Assembly: GCF_009914755.1 (NCBI RefSeq)
Contig: NC_060938.1
Origin: the human T2T-CHM13v2.0 reference genome, Homo sapiens
DNA: 64,000 nt
Direction: 5' to 3' (one strand)
Position numbers and translations under genes: made by a program. Under the pieces are notes generated by a model. It did not search any database, was not told where the DNA came from, and saw nothing but the letters and a program-made list of their open reading frames with translations. This document shows positions 44,750-61,689 of the stretch, one piece after another. The stretch's first letter is position 1. Every line of letters begins with the position of its first letter.

Positions 44750-47663
44750 TATTTAACCAGTTTGCACAGAGAGAAAGAGGCAAGATACTGACTGGTAAGA
44801 AATCCTTGCCTTTTGCCAGCATGCCAGGTTTCTGGGTTCTCTCTCCCTGAGTGGCCCTAGTAACCCTGCTATACTGTATGCAAACAAACCCCTGCCATGA
44901 ATTAAGAATATTCACAAGTAGTATATGAATTATGAAGAAATTGGGCAGAAACAGAAATATAACTCAAATTCTATTTACAAAAGTATACTCAACATGCTTG
45001 AACATTCAGGAAGCCTAAAATCCAAAGTTAGGTTAAAAGGCTGGTGTGCTCTATCAATTCTTGCAGACCAGACAAAGGCAGCCAAGGAATTCAAGATAAA
45101 TGGAGAGTAAACAGCAAACAAATGAAAACTAGAATCAAAAATAAATAAACCAGAAACCAACTCTAAGTTTTCCTACTTAATTTACCTTGGAGGCTACAGT
45201 GTTACGTAGGTTCCCAGAAAACCTGCATAATGAATATTTCATTATTGATATAGAATTCAATATCCTTAAGTTCACCAATATTATTATACCTCCTGTGCAA
45301 TCAAGAAATTCACTTTAAGCACATGACCAATAGTTACTCTAGCACTATCCATGCAAAATGGTAGACATAGTGTGAAGCAATGCAAGCACGTGTGTGAAAT
45401 TTGGCTCTACACGAAATCCAGCTTCATGCTTAACTATTTTAAAAAAAGAATTGCCAAACTGCAGATGCATTTCTTGACAAAACTTCTTACTTTAATCAAG
45501 ACTAAGAGCTTTAACTATGAAAATGTTAATTAGCCAAATGTCTCCAACTCTCTATCAGGTTTTAAAGAATATTTTATTATTTAAACTTTTTCCACATCTT
45601 TCTCCCCTATTTAATGGTTCTTTACTACACTGTTTCATAAATAACCTTTTCAAATCTATAACTTGAAATAACTTTTAGATAACTTCTGAATTAGACAAAA
45701 TTATTCTTTTTCACTAATAACATAACCTTTTCTGTCACATTTTGTATACAGAATTATGTGTTAACTAGAATTTTTATCTTAATAACCTTAAACATTAGCA
45801 AAACCCTAAAAAGCAAGAAATCCTGAACTATCAAATATGGAAATTTATAGATAAGAACAATTCTACAATTTTAGAAACATGTTTCCCCATACCACAATCC
45901 CTTCTTAATTGGAAATGTCCCAGATATTAAATGAGCATCAAAAATAACTTTTTAAGATTTTAATTTATGCAAAAATTTTACCTGAAACATTTATCCCATT
46001 CTCTGTACTTAATTTTTACTTTTAACGAGGAAGACATGAGACATCAATCAATATATGTAAAATCAACATTGGTTCAGTCCAGAAAGACAGGACAACTGGA
46101 GGCGGGGAGGGGGCTTGGGGGCTTTCAAATCACAGGTAGGTGGGAGACAAGCGTAGCATTCTTTAGAGTTTCTGATTAGCCTTTCCAAAGGAAGCAATCA
46201 GATATGCATTTATCTCAGTGAGACTTTGAATAGAAAGTGAGGCAGGCTTGCCCCAAGCAGCTCCCAGCTTGAATTACCACTGACATTTAAAAATATCTAG
46301 CAAATACAAACATAAAATTCAGACAAAATTCTGGAGGCATTTCTATTTTTATGCCACCAATAGTTTTAAAGCTAGCTTGTTTAGTAAAGTTATACTTTAA
46401 GTCATGTGAATTTGAAAATTGCTTAGACTTATTTTACTTATGAGTGCTCTTTTACTTATAAGACAGTTCGGTAGACACAACATATAACAATAAGGGCACA
46501 TGCAAATAAACACATCTAGACAGGTATACACATGCATAAATGAAGATCCAATAGCTTGGAACCTTAGCCATGGAATAGCAATGCCAAGCTTGCCAGTTTT
46601 ACCTTGTCCCAATAGATAACCCAAGGAAAGCTGTGAACCAAAATTTTGGCCACAACATTCTCCATGGCAGTTTGATTTTTAAAGGCCAAACCTCCCCAGT
46701 CTCCAAAGAGCACTGGGGCCCAACAATACCAAAGGAGGACGTCACACATTAACCAGGCCCCCTGCTTAGGACAGCAGCACAAAAGCTTGCATACATGCAA
46801 CACCATTTCACTTTCCCACTAGACAGTAAACTCCAGATTCTAAAGAATGTGGGGGCCAAGCAGCCTTGCAACTGTAAAAGAAAATTCTAAGGAAGGCTTA
46901 TTACTAGACCTCAGAACCTCTACCGAGAGGGTCTCCTTTGGGGAAGCTAAGGTCCTCAGGATCCCCCAGAGCATCCTCCTTTGGGGTCCAAACTTAAGAG
47001 TGTCAGACGTCTCTGACATTAGGTGGGTACCAGTGCCACATGCAGGTTTCCCTCCAGAGCCTACTAGGAGCTTCATAGGCATAGCCATGAACCGTAATGA
47101 GAGGAACTGGATGCTGGGTGGGCTTTTTTGTCCTTAGCCAGTTGAGTATGACAAGGAAAGAATTTAGCTTAAGAAAAGGAGGTTTAAGTCACCTGAAACA
47201 TGTGCGAGTTTGGCTGAGCTGTGCCACATGTAGGGATCAGTGACCAGACACAGAAAAAAATAAAAAAACAGAGTCCTTCCCACTTCTGGGCAGGGCAATT
47301 ATTCCCATTCATTCCTAGGCCTTTAGGCAGTACCAAGGAGTGACCCCAACCAATTGCCCTCAATTTCCAAGGAGCTACTAGGAAACAGTCACTGAAAGAC
47401 TGAAAAAGAAAGAGAGGGACAAAAAATGAAAGATACAGGTATCTCAAGCGACCTGGGTGGTGGTGGTTTGGCTTATCCACATGGAAACCCTAGTTTCCCC
47501 GGCCATGGCCAGAAACCTGCAGTTGCTTCCGTGTTTACACGCTACCCACCAAGAGTCCTGAGTTTGAAATTAAAAGACACAGAGAGAGAAATTCCCCTGT
47601 ATGGAGCAGAAAAGAAAAGGAGAAAAGAGAAAAACAAATTCCAAACTTCGGGCTTACCTCTTC
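44750..47663 (-). mobile_element. MER4-group (MER61-int-like) internal sequence, 5' part
   Basis: AT-rich non-coding internal sequence leading to the PBS and LTR. Leader splice donor GAG|gtaagc at 47658/47657. Confidence 0.75.
46022..46275 (-). mobile_element. MER41-like LTR fragment embedded in the ERV internal region
   Basis: gacatgagacatcaatcaatatatgtaa...tttctgattagcctttccaaagg..gcaatcagatatgcatttatctcagtgag. No LTR termini are present. Confidence 0.7.
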
Positions 47664-47681
47664 CTCCTGGCTGGCTCACCA
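47664..47681 (-). other. retroviral primer-binding site, tRNA-Arg
   Basis: TGGTGAGCCAGCCAGGAG directly after U5. Complementary to the tRNA-Arg(ACG) 3' end, with one CpG-type mismatch. Confidence 0.85.
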
Positions 47682-47685
47682 AAAT

Positions 47686-47842
47686 AGGACACCGGTGGAG
47701 GGTGTCCAGGCTCTTGGTGTCTGCACTACGAATTGGACAAAATGCACACATAAAGCAAGGAAAGAATGAAGGGTTTTATTGAAAATGAAAGTACACTCCA
47801 CACTGTGGAAGCGGGTTCAAGGATAGGGACTCAAGGGCCCCA
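47686..47842 (-). mobile_element. MER61-like 5' LTR, R-U5 only
   Basis: Shares a 78-nt R region with the 37742-37819 copy (9 mismatches) and continues into U5 (..cctggacaccctccaccggt). U3 is absent. Confidence 0.85.
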
Positions 47843-50269
47843 AAAGGATTTTGTAAAGGGAGTAATCACCTGCATCTACAACAGAATAAATGAGTGCTTT
47901 AAACCTCAGCTAAGTCAGCTTCAAAATAAAATAGAAAATATACAAAATTAACACACACCAAAAAAGTATTTATGATACTAAATATAAAAAGCGATAGGTT
48001 TTACTTGTAAAGTTTATCTATTATGCTAAGATTTTAAATGGAGATAAACTTGTATTTAAAATGTCTAGCTACTTCATTCAACAGTGTATTTTTTAAAATT
48101 TTAGATTGATTCTTCATGTAAGGTAGCAATTTGCAAACATCACATAATTTGTACCAACATAAATAAAATTACATTTAACAGCATTAGAATAAAATGTAAA
48201 TTTACTAAATGGAACTGTAATTCTCTGACGTGTTTTAATTTAAATGTTTACATGTTTTTCTTCTAAAAAACATTTTGCAACCATAATTATTTAATGTATT
48301 TAAGGGAGATTTCATGAAGATAGGAATTTTATTTTATGTTGTGTTTTAGACATACTTCATGTTCCTGGCACACATTAGGCACTAAATAAACTTCTTTTAC
48401 CATTTGATCAATTGTATTTTTTCATATTTCTAGGTGACCCCCAGTTAATTTTCTCTTACGCTGCTTGTAGATCACCCTTTTAACAACTACTCGTCTTTTT
48501 GAGATTTTCATTCTGTTTATCTCTTTCTGGTTTTGGATAGTCTGCTAAAATAAAATCCTTCCTGAGCTTTTATCTGCTTAATGTATTCCCCCACTGACAT
48601 TGCCTTGAGCTGTAATTTGCATCCTGTGGTTCCTGCACACAGAAATTTCCATTTTGCTTTACTTAAAAAATTATTAGCAAATTAAACCACACATTTTCAA
48701 TACTAAGTAATTGGTTGTTGCTGTTATATATTGTAGGAGATACAAAAGTATTTTGTAAAAAATGGTTTCTTTCAATAACCTGAAAATGTAGTGAGACAGA
48801 CAAAATTACAGAAAAAAATATAAAAATATTTGCCTCAAAATGGCAGTTCTGTGACTATATGGGACAGAGCTGAGGAGACAAAGCTCTGTGTGGGCTGATT
48901 TTATTTCTCTTTACCTTTAGCATGAAGCCCATACTTTTACTTCCTTACTTATCCTTCTCTTTTTATGTAAGATAATTTTTATTTTGTTTAAAATTACTGT
49001 CATGGAAAAGTAAAACATACGCAGAAGAAAGAATACTAATAAACATGATGAACACATCACACAGCTTTAGTGATTATTGCCTTAATGCCAATTCTATTTT
49101 ATTTATACCTCACCCACTCTCTCCATCCTCTTACTAGATCAACCTGTAGCAAATTCCAGATATTACATCATTTGTAAATGTATCAGTTTGGATCTCTGAA
49201 AAGATGGATTATCTTAAAAGCAGTAATTATGTCACTATTGTACTTATAAAAAGGAAACAATGATTCCTTAATATCAAAATCTATTCAGTATTCAAATACC
49301 CCAGTTGTCTTATTTTTACAGTACTTTTATTTGAATCTGATTCCAAACAAGTTCTTATATTTGAAATTGATTGATATCTCCCTAAGAGTATTGATACAGG
49401 TTGAATTTCTAAAGTTAGAAATGAATTCCTTTTACATGAGAAATCTTTTGTTAAAGCCTGTGCTTGAAAACATATTTAGCATTGGCTATAACTCCGTGAG
49501 GAAAATTGAGATATCAGAGTATGATTTCTGGAAGGAATCATTCCTGCTTCACCGGTTTCTAGATGAGAGATTGAACTAAGAAGCCTAGAACTTCTTGCTA
49601 ATCAATCACTCAGACACAGTTGTCATTCTGATTGTATTCCCCAAGAGAGTGCATTGCTAAAGTAGTTGTGAGTAACTCTCATGCCATAGGCATTCTTGGT
49701 CCATTTTTGTATGAGTGTGGGCTGTTACAGGAAATTCTTCTCTTTAGATAATAATATTTATTCAATATATGCCATCACAGCCTTATGTAATTTTTTGTGC
49801 AAGGAAAAGAAGTGTAGCACAATCTAGCAGCAATGATTGGAAATAACTCTTGAAATGTCAAGGACTTTCTCTTTAAATGATAATTAACAGATTAAATGCC
49901 AACAAGTACATTTAATAACCATGATATTTTGTATTTGGACCATAGCCAAAATAATCAGTAAATGTAGTCACTTAAGGATCTCAGATATCTGATCTTGATT
50001 TGAAATGTTACTTATTCATGTATATTTTAATTACTCAGCAGTAACCTCCACTATATAAGGTATGTGTAGTGAGTATTAAAAAGTTTACACTGCATTTAAT
50101 TTTCTAAATAACAGAAAACTATTTGAAAGTAAATTGTATGTCATAGTAGCTTTTGCCTTAGAAAACATTTATTGAAATCATTGTATTGCATGACCATAAA
50201 AATTCAAGTTTTCTAAATTCATATCCAATGCTTTAGAAAATACAAACATTATATTAGTTAATCAATCCT

Positions 50270-50950
50270 TATCTCTTCCAATGACTATTTAATGCCTGCT
50301 TTATGCCAGGCACTATCCTAAAAAGGCATAAAGTACAGACAAAAATGAAATTCCTGCCTTCATGGAGCCTCTCCTAAATAACCCTGCTAAACAAAGAAGG
50401 AAAAATAAAGAGTTCTCATCAACATTTCTGGAAAAAAAAAGTGTGTATTTACTAAATATCTAGCACGTTCCAGGCACTGTGCTAAGCCACAAACACAGAT
50501 AAGTTTGAAACATTCCTTTCCTTCAGAATGGTATGGGAAACTAATAGAACACAGTCATAAATAAGTAGCAGAAAGGAAAGAATCATAACGTGAAAACTCA
50601 GGGTGATTGGTAAGAACACTTGGCAGAAGATGATGAAAGAAAAGGGACTACAGAGAACCTGGAAGGATATGGGAAGATAACTTTTTCACCTTATTTTGAT
50701 GATAAATTCTTGGACAAATAGATTAGATAAAATTTAGTTAGCTTTTAGTTTGCTATAGATTGAAGCATATGACAAGCTATTAAGAGCGACAACTTCAGAT
50801 TGCTAAGCGTGGGAGTTGAAATGCACTTTAACAGCTAGGAAAGTCAAAGCAATAAGGTATGCTGAAATGAAAAAAGTTTGCTAAATCAATTCAAGTTGAG
50901 GCAGCATTTGAAGTAAATCAAAATTTACAAGGCTCTAACAAATGGATATC
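50270..50950 (-). mobile_element. L2 fragments
   Basis: gcctgctttatgccaggcactatcc..cctgccttcatggagc; tatttactaaatatctagcacgttccaggcactgtgctaag. Confidence 0.55.
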
Positions 50951-51213
50951 TGATACTACAATTGAAAAGATGAAAATTAAGAAGTTTTTCCTAAGTTTTT
51001 CTTTTTTTTATTTTACTTTAAGTTCTAGGGTACATGTGCACAACATGCAGGTTTGTTACATACGTATACATGGGCCATGATGATATGCTGCACCCATTAA
51101 AGTATCATTTACGTTAAGTATTTCTCCTAATGCTATCTCGTCACCCTCCCCCGACTCCATGACAGGCCCCGGTGTGTGATGTTCCCCACCGTGTGTCCAA
51201 GTGTTCTCATTGT

Positions 51214-55033
<3,820 letters not shown>

Positions 55034-55096
55034 TATGATGTTAGCTGAGTATTTTGCTCATTAGTTGATGCAATTTCTTCCTAACATCAATGGTCT

Positions 55097-56122
55097 TTAC
55101 AATTTGGGATGTTTTTGCAGTGGCTGGTACTGGTTGTTCCTTTCCATGTTTAGTCCTTCCTTCAGAAGCTCTTGTAAGGTAGGCCCAGTGGTGACAAAAT
55201 CTCTCAGCATTTGCTTGTCTGTAAAGTATTTTAGTTCTCCTTCACTTATGAAGCTTAGTTTGGCTGGATATGAAATTCTGGGTTGAAAATTCTTTTCTTT
55301 AAGAATGTTGAATATTAGCCCTCACTCTCTTCTGGCTTATAGAGTTTCTGCAGAGAGATCTACTGTTAGTCTAATGGGCTTCCCTCTGTGGGTAACCCAA
55401 CCTTTCTCTCTGGCTGTCCTTAACATTTTTTCATTCATTTCAACCTTGGTGAATCTGACAATTATATGTCTTGGGGTTGCTCTTCTCGAGGAGTATCTTT
55501 GTGGCATTCTCTGTATTTGCTGGAATTTGAATGTTGGCCTGCCTTGCTAGGTTGGGGAAGTTCTCCTGGATAATATCCTGAAGAGTGTTTTCCAACTTGG
55601 TTCCATTCTCCCCGTCACTTTCAGGTACACCAATCAGACGTTGATTTGGTCTTTTCACATAGTCCCATATTTCTTGGAGGCTTTGTTGATTTCTTTTTAC
55701 TCTTTTTTCTCTAAACTCTCATCTCACTTCATTTAATTCATTTTATCTTCAATCACTGATACGCTTTCTTCCACTTGATCTAATCAGTTACTGATGCTTG
55801 TGCATGTGTCATGTAGTTCTCGTGCCACGGTTTTCAGCTCCATCAGGTCATTTAAAGTCTTCTCTGTGCTGTTTATTCTAGTTAGCCATTTGTCTAATCT
55901 GTTTTCAAGGTTTTCAGCTTCTTTGTGATGGGTTCGAACATCCTCCTTTAGCTCGGAGAAGTTTGTTATTACCGATCTTCTGAAGCCTACTTCTGTCAGC
56001 TCATCAAAGTCATTCTCCATCCAGCTTTGTTCCGTTGCTGGTAAGGAGCTGCATTCCTTTGGAGGAGAAGAGGTGCTGTGATTTTTAGAATTTTCAGCTT
56101 TTCTGCTCTGGTTTGTCCCCAT
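55097..56122 (-). pseudogene. L1 ORF1, disrupted
   Basis: MGTNQSRKAENSKN start, premature stop at 55784, fragment at 55440-55658, terminal TAA at 55097-55099. Confidence 0.93.
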
Positions 56123-56720
56123 CCTTGTGGTTTCATCTACCTTTGGTCTTTGATGATGGTGACCTAGAGATGGGGTTTTGTTGTGGATGTCTGTTTTGTT
56201 GATGTTGATGCTATTCCTTTCTGTTTGTTAGTTTTCCTTCTAACAGTCAGGACCCTCAGCTGCAGGTCTGTTGGAGTTTGCTGGAGGTCTACTCCAGACT
56301 CTGTTTGCCTGGGTATCACCAGCAGAGGCTGCAGAACAGCAAATATTGCAGAACAGCAGATGTTGCTGCCTGATCCTTCCTCTGGAAGCTTTGTCTCAGA
56401 GGGACCGGGCTGTATGAGGTGTCAGTCCCCGCCTACTGGGAGGTGTCTCCCAGTTAGGCTACTCGGGGTTCAGGGACCCACTTGAGGAGGCTGTCTGTCC
56501 GTTCTTAGATCTCAAACTCCATGCTGGGAAAACCACTACTCTCTTCAAAGCTGTCAGACAGGGACGTTTAAGTATGCAGACGTTTCTGCTGCCTTTTCTT
56601 CAGCTATGCCCTGCCCCCAGAGGCGGAGTCTACAGAGGCAGGCAGGCCTTGTTGAGCTAAGGTGGGCTCCCCCCTGTTCGAGCTTCCTGGCCACTTTGTT
56701 TACCTACTCAAGCCTGAGCA

Positions 56721-56813
56721 ATGGCAGATGCCCCTCCCCCAGCCTTGCTGCCACCTGGCTGTTTGATCTTGGACTGCTGTGCTAGCAGTGAGCAAGGCTC
56801 TGTGGGCATGTGA
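56721..56813 (+). pseudogene. L1 ORF0 (antisense 5'UTR ORF), truncated after 30 codons
   Basis: Translates MADAPPPALLPPGCLILDCCASSEQGSVGM*, homologous to primate ORF0 (MAGAPPPASLPPCSLISDCCAS..). Confidence 0.8.
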
Positions 56814-57725
56814 CCCACCGAGCCAGGCATGGGATGTAATCTCCTGGTGTGCCGTTTGCTAAGACCATTAGAAAAGCGCAGTATTAGGGTGGAGTGTCCT
56901 GATTTTCCAAGTACCATCTGTCATGGCTTCCCTTGGTTAGGAAAGGGAATTCCCCAACTCGTTGCACTTCCTGTGTTATGCGACACCCCACCTGCTTCAG
57001 GCTCACAGTCTGTGGGCAACACCCACAGTCCAACAAGTCCCAGTGAGATGAACCCGGTACCTCAGTTGGAAATGCAGAAATCACCCATCTTCTGCATTGC
57101 TCATGCTGGGAGCTGCAGGCTGCAGCTGTTCCTATTTGGCCGTCTTGGTACCACCCTCCATAAGTTTTTCTTTTAAAAAAAACTTAAAACTTCATATTAG
57201 AATCAAAAAGGTATTTAAAGGTATTTCTTCTGGTAATTTTTGGATTTTATCATGTTTTGTTTTGTTTTCTTTCTCACAAGGGGCCACATTTTCCCCATAT
57301 CAAAACTTTTGCATATACTCTCTCCTAGTCCTAGAATGGTCCTTCCACCCACTGTCTATAAATTTACACTTAATTCCTTAGGAAGACTTTGTTGACCTCA
57401 GATCGATCAGCATTGTCACCTCCACGGAAATAATATACTTCTTTCAAAACATAACTGGACATTGAAAGTATTGATTAATGTCGACATCTACTGCACTATA
57501 ATTTCCATAAAGGTAACAACTCAGTTTGCTCCCCATTGTCTTTCCAGGACATTCGCAGTACATAGTAGAGAATAGAACTTCAGTGAACACTTGCTGGATA
57601 AATTAGTTGAGACTATTTCTTCGAGCTTGCTTTCTCTTCTGAAGAATATTGAACTGCCAATCTAGTGAATATATAACTCAGAGAAAAAGCAGGGGGAAAC
57701 ACCAAACAGCTTTCACAGAACTTAC

Positions 57726-57881
57726 TGTTGACACAAGATTATTGAAAAGAAACATTCTCCCTGTTCACTGCCCTCTAATCGATACTTCTCCAGAACCAGA
57801 ACCCAAATTGTTTGTATGCTTTATGTATAAACAAGTCCACACAAAATCTCCAAAGAAACCAACCAGAAAAGTAACAGCATC
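57726..57881 (-). other. candidate exon (156 nt, stop in all frames; terminal coding, UTR or non-coding)
   Basis: gatttttag|GATGCTG...GTCAACA|gtaagt. Strong donor but weak pyrimidine tract. Confidence 0.25.
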
Positions 57882-58999
57882 CTAAAAATCATCATTTGAA
57901 GGAAGATCTAGAGTAGACAACCCTTCACATTACAGTCCTTTCAAAATATAACCATAATGAAAAATTTTAGAAAAAAAAAGATTTTAGATTTTAGAAAAAA
58001 AAAGTTACTTTTCACTGGACTCATAACTGTCATCATATTCCCAGTGACAAAGGTAATTGAATTTCAGATGTTAGCACCAGTGAGTGGTTTAATTACTTGG
58101 CAGACTCACCACATACTCAGTTATAGTCTATAATTTGATCTGGATTTATTTGGAAAGAATATTAGGATGATGATGCTGTTGTTCCAGGCACGGCATGAGG
58201 TAAATGGGCTCTGACAAAGAGCATTACAGAAACAAAGATAAATATACAATATACAAGCAACATCTTCCCAATTAGTCTATATGCATTTGCCTGTAACTGT
58301 TGTTTTTAATCTTTCTACTCATGCGTAGTCAGTTGGAATATGAGGTTAGAAGCCAAAAAGTACAAATTGTAGTAACTTTCACAGATAAGCAAAAGTGAAA
58401 ATAAAACTCAAAGTGGTATAAGAAGAAGAAAAACAGTGGCCTTCCAAAGGACATATACAATTTAAACCAGGTCTTGGCAGAACAAATAATCAGAGAAGCA
58501 TCATCTGTACACATGTTTCCACTTAAATGTTGAGTTTTCTTTTTAGAGAAATATATTCTGTTTTATGACCCTTGCAGAATTTTTGCTCTTCCAATGCGAT
58601 TGTTAATTTTCTGGTTGTTATCATTTAAAACTAGGCACTTGGAAGGTAAAAGTTTCAAATAAAGATTAAGGCTGTACACAGTAAAACAAACAATAGAGAA
58701 CAACAAAATATAAGATTGAAAAGCTGAGGAAGACTGCAAAATTAATCTGTTCATCTGATCTAATTCAGGAAAATTTGGAATTATATCTTTAAAGTAATGT
58801 TAGCTAAATTTAGAAATACCTGTATTATCCCTCTATACATGTTGTGAGGGAAAAAATGCTTACAAAGAGTTCTGCTTTCAAACTATGAATCCAAATTCTA
58901 AAATAGTACTTCAATAGAAAACCATAGAAGAATAAATGCAATGAAAAATAAACTGTCGAATTTTCCCTGTAGAATTTAGCAATAAGAAATACACTTTTA

Positions 59000-59800
59000 T
59001 ACTCTTGGTGGGTCTGTAAGTTGATACAGCCATTATGGAAAACAGTATGGAAGTTCCTGAAAAAATTAAAAACAGAACTACCATATAATCCAGCAATCCC
59101 ATTTGTGGATGAATACTCGAAGGAAACAAAATCCGTATTTGGAAGAGACCTGCGCTCCCATATTCATCTCATTATTCACAATTGCCAAGACATGAAAACT
59201 CAAGTGTCCATCAACTGATGAATAGACAAAGAAATTACAGTACATATGTATATAGAGTGGACTACTATTCGTCTTATAAAGGAAAGAATCTTGCCATTTG
59301 CAATAGGAAAAACAAGATAAATGGATCTTGATGGTATTATGCTAAAGGAACGATCTTGAGGATATTATGCTAAAGGCAATAAGTGAGACAGTGAAAAACA
59401 AATACTATATAATCTCGCTGATATGTGGACTCTAAAGAAGTTGAACTCTCAGAAACAAAGAGCAGAGTGGTTGTTGCCAGTGGCTAGGGGTTAGGGGGAC
59501 TGGGGATGTGTTGGTCAAAGGATACAAATTTTCAGTTACAAGAGAAATGAGTTCTGGGGAGCTAATATTCAACATGGTGACTATAGTTCACAATACTGTA
59601 TTGTATACTTGAAATTTGCTAAGAGAGTAGATATGAAATGTTCTTACCACAAAAGAAAATAAATCAACAACAAAAAAATGGTAACTAAGTGAGGCGCTAG
59701 ATATATTAAGTCATTTGATTTTGACAATCATTTCACATTATATCATCATATGGTATGCCCCAAACTTATACAATTTGTCAATTATGCCTCAATAAAGCTG
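59000..59800 (+). mobile_element. L1MA9/L1MB-type 3' fragment
   Basis: ORF 59021-59218 ([25 protein letters not shown]). 3'UTR gaaatttgctaagagagtagat..ttcttaccac. Confidence 0.85.
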
Positions 59801-61024
59801 GAAAAGAATGTTTTTAAATAATAATAGGAAATAATAAAAATAGAAATAACAAAACTCTTACTTCAAAAAATAAAGACATATTTATAAAAATACACTTTTA
59901 AAATATATTGTTACCAGAGCACATGAGTAATATGTTATAGTAGACACATGGATGAAGAATTCAAAGGACTCTCATTTCACTGACCAGTGATAATATTACC
60001 AAGATTATTATAATTATAAGCAGTCCAAATATGTTTTCTAGCTCCAAGAAATAATAGAAATGATTTTTTTCCTGCAGTGCAATAGCTAGCTCATCACTTC
60101 CCCCTGTGAAAATTAGAAAAAAAAAGGCACTTTTCTCCCTAGGGACAGACTTAGCCCAATACCAGGGGCATGGTTCTGTAACACTCAGACCTTCAGCCAG
60201 CACCCTTACGCAGGGCACACATCTTACAATGTGCCCCTACTCAGGATGAAATCTTTCCATTGCTGTCTTCTGGTAGAATGTAGAGAAGGCTGACAAAGGT
60301 CCTCCATCTAATTCATGTATGACTGTAGGAGAAAAACATGTACTTATATATGAATTTCATTTCTTATATTTAAGAAGGTCTACTGCTAATACTACTTGGG
60401 ACAATTACAAGTATAGTTTCAGGTAAATGGACCAACTACAGTTTATTGTTATTATTATTTGAATTCACAATAAACAGTGAAATAGAATGTTTAGATAATT
60501 AATAAGAACTGAGTATACCACTATGGTCTTATGATTTTTTTTCATTCTGCTATACATTTGATGAGGTGCTGAAAAAATTGAGTTATTTAATTTAGAAAAG
60601 GAAAATCTACAATAACACATCATCCTCAATATACATTTCTAGCTATCTTTGACAAGTTTCTTCTCCACACATGAGAATATTTTTCATGTATTTCTTTAGT
60701 TAAGAAATGAAAACATGGAAATTAGAAATTCTTTTGGCCAGTTTATTTAAAACCCAGTCAAATAAGGGAACCATAAAAAGTAATAGATACATAACGAAAA
60801 CATTTTTATTTTAACCTAAAACATAATGTATATTAATTCATCATATATAATGCTATATAATATAGTTACATATTATATAATGTGATATAAATATAATTTG
60901 TATTTATTTATTTATTAAGTTATAGTCTATTTTTTAGAAATGTGGGAAATATACTTGCTATGTAAACTCTGGGCAGAATCCTTCTAGAAGCTAATTAGGG
61001 TTTGCAGTGAGGTATGATTAGTCT

Positions 61025-61689
61025 TGTTACCAGTGGAAGAGATCTGAATTACATGAGTTATCTGGTGGCAAATCAATTCTTGTCTCCTCGGAAGTAAGAA
61101 TTCAATTGAGGGCCATAAAGCAGAAAAAGGCACCAAGGCAAGTTCCAGAGCAGGAGTGGAAGTTTATTTAAAAGGCCTTAGAACAGGAAAGAAAGGAAAG
61201 TTCACCTGGAAGAGATCCAAGTGGGCCCCTGAAGGTTAAAGAGAGAGAAAGTCAAGTGCCCCATGTCGCTATGGTCCTAGGACTTTTGTAGGCTCGCCTC
61301 TTTCCCATGATTCTTCTCTTAGGGTGGGCTGCCCGCATGCTCAGAGCCTCCCCTACCGTTGGGAAATGCGCACATGCAGTGTTTTTAAGGGATTATATGC
61401 ATGCCCATCTGAGGCTTTCTTCCTTTTTCAGGTGGAGTGTACCTAGGAGATCATACTTCATCATTTTTGTCTCTTAATGTGCATAACCAGGAAGTGTATT
61501 CTCCCTGGGGCTGGTCTTTAATTAACACTTTAACGTTAACAAGTGTGGATCATCAAGAAATGGCGTCTCCCTGGCGTCGGGTGCCAATTTATCACTTTTT
61601 AAGAGGCAATGCAATAATTATGGAACCATTTCTAGTGTGTGAGAGGAAGCGCCCTCTCCTGACCCACTCATGCCTAACTACCTGTAACA
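61025..61689 (-). mobile_element. MER50-type ERV1 solo LTR
   Basis: tgttac...gtaaca inverted termini. Minus strand starts tgttacaggtagttaggcatgag. 4-bp TSD GTCT at 61021-61024 and 61690-61693. Confidence 0.9.

Noticed and set aside
47664-47681. tRNA gene
   Set aside because: Only the 18-nt 3'-end match (a PBS); no cloverleaf.
37690-47869. agtaatcac on both sides of the ERV complex as a TSD
   Set aside because: The copies lie 20-30 nt away from the element ends rather than abutting them; likely coincidence.
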